This document shows positions 62,365 to 64,000 of a DNA stretch of 64,000 nt, piece after piece. A program made the position numbers and the translations under genes. Source of the DNA: a virus; IMG/VR virus record IMGVR_UViG_3300010400_000004, positions 1 to 64,000 of that record; one strand, 5' to 3'. The stretch's first letter is position 1; each line of letters begins with the position of its first letter. Under the pieces are notes generated by a model. That model saw only the letters and a program-made list of their open reading frames with translations. It searched no databases and was not told where the DNA came from.

Positions 62365-62628
62365 GTGAAAAAGATTTTTCAACTCTCCTGGGCGGCGATC
62401 CGGTTACTCATTGCAAGGTTTCTTGGTTATCGCACGATAACGACCGTGCCAGAGAGGGCGCAGCGTTTAAACGTGTGCGAACCTTGCGGATATTTTGAGC
62501 CAAACGAACGTCTTTGCACTGTTTGCGGCTGCTTCACTGATGCCAAGGTGATTCTGACAACCGAGAAGTGCCCTAAGAAGAAATGGTTGCCTATTTGGGA
62601 CCGCAAGCGCACTACTCAATCGAAGTAA
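62365..62628 (+). CDS. Small zinc-finger protein
   Basis: R..VC.PC......C.VCGCF..AK......CP..KW. Confidence 0.65.
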   Translation: MKKIFQLSWAAIRLLIARFLGYRTITTVPERAQRLNVCEPCGYFEPNERLCTVCGCFTDAKVILTTEKCPKKKWLPIWDRKRTTQSK

Positions 62629-62629
62629 T

Positions 62630-64000
62630 ATGCCCGATAATTTAGGGACCGAATACCAGACTGGCCAAGACTACCCCGGCACGATAATTCAATCTCCGCA
62701 GATTGATTCATCCGGTGAACCGACCCAACGAAGCATCAAAGATGCGAACATGGGCCGCGAAGTGGTCAAACTCATTATCCAGGCAGGCAGAAACCGATCG
62801 ATCGTTGGCTCTCGAATCCTGGCGAAATACAACGCAGAGAGGCCATACGATAGCTACAAGTTAGAGGCAGAAGGTCTCGGGTGGAAGCAAAACTTCACGA
62901 CCAAGCCAATGCCAAGCATGATCGAGAAAGTCGCACCTCGATTCACTCAGGCAGTTGACGGACTGAAATATCTCACCAACTCAAAACTTTCCGAAGATTG
63001 GGAAAACGCCTCAGAGAAAACGGAGACTTTTCGTGAAGTGATTACGCGCACGATTCGAGGGCGCAAGGGATGGACTACTCTCGTTGACGACATCGCTTTT
63101 AACAACGCCCTCTTTGGTTATTCCGCTGTTGCTTGGCTCGACGAGTTTACTTGGTTCCCGAACCATTTCAAATTCGATGAAGCGTTCGCTCCCGATGGAA
63201 CGAAGCAGGATAGCACGTATTGTCAGGTAATGATTTTGAAGGAAACTTTTCTTCCGAATGAATTGTTTTCAAAAATCCGTGACGCAGAATCAGCGAAGCA
63301 ATCCGGATACAACCTCGAAGAAACCCGGGCCGAGATCAACATCGCCAGTCCGGTGCAGATTCGCGATCGTCTCAATGTCGGCGGCACGCTCGAATTTTGG
63401 TATCAGAACGCTTTGCGAGAATTGACTATTGGCGCAAGTTACATGGCGGGCGCGAGCGTGATTGTTGTTTATCACTTACTCGCTCGCGAGGTAAACGGAA
63501 AAGTTTCCCATTATCAATTTGCTGGCCCAGGTCTCAAAGCGATTTTTTCTAAGGACGACAGGTTCGAATCGATGGAAGCCTGCCTTACATTTTTCTCTTA
63601 CCAAAAAGGAAACGGCACCCTTCACGGTTCGAAAGGCGTTGGTCGTGACATTTACGAACTCGCTGGGATGATCGACAGAACACGAAATGAAATCGTCGAT
63701 CGGGCTATTCTTTCAGGAAAAATTCCGATTCAAGGCGACGTAAAACGCATTCATACTTTCAAAATGTCGGTCGTTGGCATGACGTGTATTTTCCCGACCG
63801 GCTGGAATATTTTGGAGCAACGTCTCGACGGCAACATTGAACCTTTCCTCAAACTCGATGCTTACTTTTCTAGTCTTGTGGATCAGCTTATTGGCAATAC
63901 TTCTCCACCTCAAATGGCAGGAGGCGAAGCGTTCCGATCACCGGCTGCGTGGAACCTTCTTGCAGCGCGGGAAGAAGAAGGAAAAGATTCGCGCATAACT
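62630..64000 (+). CDS. Putative portal protein (3' truncated)
   Basis: ORF from ATG 62630 appears to run off the window end (hence absent from the ORF track; only the first ~100 codons were translated by hand: MPDNLGTEYQ...KYNAERPYD...EGLGWKQNF); follows terL. Confidence 0.72.
   Translation, partial: MPDNLGTEYQTGQDYPGTIIQSPQIDSSGEPTQRSIKDANMGREVVKLIIQAGRNRSIVGSRILAKYNAERPYDSYKLEAEGLGWKQNFTTKPMPSMIEKVAPRFTQAVDGLKYLTNSKLSEDWENASEKTETFREVITRTIRGRKGWTTLVDDIAFNNALFGYSAVAWLDEFTWFPNHFKFDEAFAPDGTKQDSTYCQVMILKETFLPNELFSKIRDAESAKQSGYNLEETRAEINIASPVQIRDRLNVGGTLEFWYQNALRELTIGASYMAGASVIVVYHLLAREVNGKVSHYQFAGPGLKAIFSKDDRFESMEACLTFFSYQKGNGTLHGSKGVGRDIYELAGMIDRTRNEIVDRAILSGKIPIQGDVKRIHTFKMSVVGMTCIFPTGWNILEQRLDGNIEPFLKLDAYFSSLVDQLIGNTSPPQMAGGEAFRSPAAWNLLAAREEEGKDSRIT

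Noticed and set aside
1-64000. Alternative genetic code
   Set aside because: Genes are long and tightly packed under the standard code; TAA, TGA and TAG all end genes; no suppressor tRNA.

Overview
The window is most of a tailed dsDNA bacteriophage genome with podovirus-like gene content. No cellular genes are apparent. It has three blocks. (1) 1-22.9 kb, + strand, late genes: lysis candidates, tail adaptor/nozzle, paralogous fibre and LRR receptor-binding proteins, GNAT, ejection proteins and a 2462-aa modular polyvalent protein. (2) 22.9-53.0 kb, - strand, replication, nucleotide and early genes: sigma factor, RuvC-like resolvase, primase-SF3 helicase, Leu762-type PolA, UvrD and SF2 helicases, SSB candidate, Cas4-like nuclease, dcd, HD hydrolase, dNMP kinase and many small ORFs. 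(3) 53.3-64 kb, + strand: TerS candidate, accessory genes, serine recombinase, tRNA cluster, TerL and a truncated portal. Capsid and endolysin genes are not visible and are probably outside the window. The most notable observation is a candidate transcription-takeover set. It comprises a promoter-driven 174-nt rod-shaped 6S-like RNA, a phage sigma factor, two stand-alone sigma region-4 mini-proteins, a histone-fold protein, and two promoter classes (TTGACA-N16-TAnnnT and N17-CACTnnT). Also notable are several CCA-ended non-canonical tRNA-like RNAs and an effector-cassette array in the giant virion protein delimited by FKP linkers. All calls come from reading motifs by eye; no database search or folding program was run.
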